NCBI RefSeq assembly: GCF_037042905.1
Contig: NC_087250.1
Location: forward strand, 27,096,001-27,160,000
Reading direction: 5' to 3'
Source of the DNA: Lytechinus pictus
Taxonomy: Eukaryota
DNA: 64,000 nucleotides
A program made the translations under genes and the position numbers. Shown here in pieces: positions 63,743 to 64,000 of this stretch (the stretch's first letter is position 1; each line of letters starts with the position of its first letter). The notes under the pieces were generated by a model, which was not told the DNA's origin, made no database searches, and saw only the letters and a program-made list of their open reading frames with translations.

Positions 63743-64000
63743 GTTAGTTGACAATTGCAATTCATATTCTTTTTCACAAATATTACTAATAACTAACCAC
63801 CATTTTTGTTTTAGCATGAGGAAGAAGTAAGATGTCTGTCAGCGCTTAGGGAGGAGTTTCGTGAAAGCTGAAAGCACTGACCAAATTATCAGCGCTAAAC
63901 TGCTAAAGACAATTTCTATGAAATCTTAGTTTTGATACTCTCAGAAGGTCAATCATCTGACCGTTGTTGTGGTAACTTTCGGCGAAAGACGACTTGTCAT

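Overview
AT-rich, repeat-dense animal genomic DNA. The repeat content and gene types look echinoderm/sea-urchin-like (inference only). Three + strand host genes resemble an innate-immunity cluster. (1) A B-box/coiled-coil/beta-propeller (TRIM-NHL-like, no RING seen) exon at 457-2118. (2) A paralogue in which a death-domain exon (47188-47464) splices in frame to a coiled-coil/beta-propeller exon (48038-49617). (3) A multi-exon ZU5-UPA gene starting at 53233, with an HFC motif at the position of the PIDD/UNC5CL HFS self-cleavage site. The two propeller genes share a sharply bounded ~1 kb near-identical cassette whose differences are mostly non-synonymous and clustered in patches, while their N-termini differ. 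This suggests a diversifying receptor family with modular effector ends and is the best candidate for an undescribed system. A duplicated putative promoter/first exon (kB-like site, TCAGTT, splice donor) lies at ~9.8 kb and ~25.8 kb. The rest is nested mobile DNA: a full-length Ty3/Gypsy element with unequal LTRs and a -1 frameshift signal, three TAG-ended foldback elements, an L2/CR1-group LINE interrupted three times, a Tc1-like element holding a Helentron-type element, several MITEs, SINEs and a hammerhead-like motif. All calls are by eye; no database searches were run.
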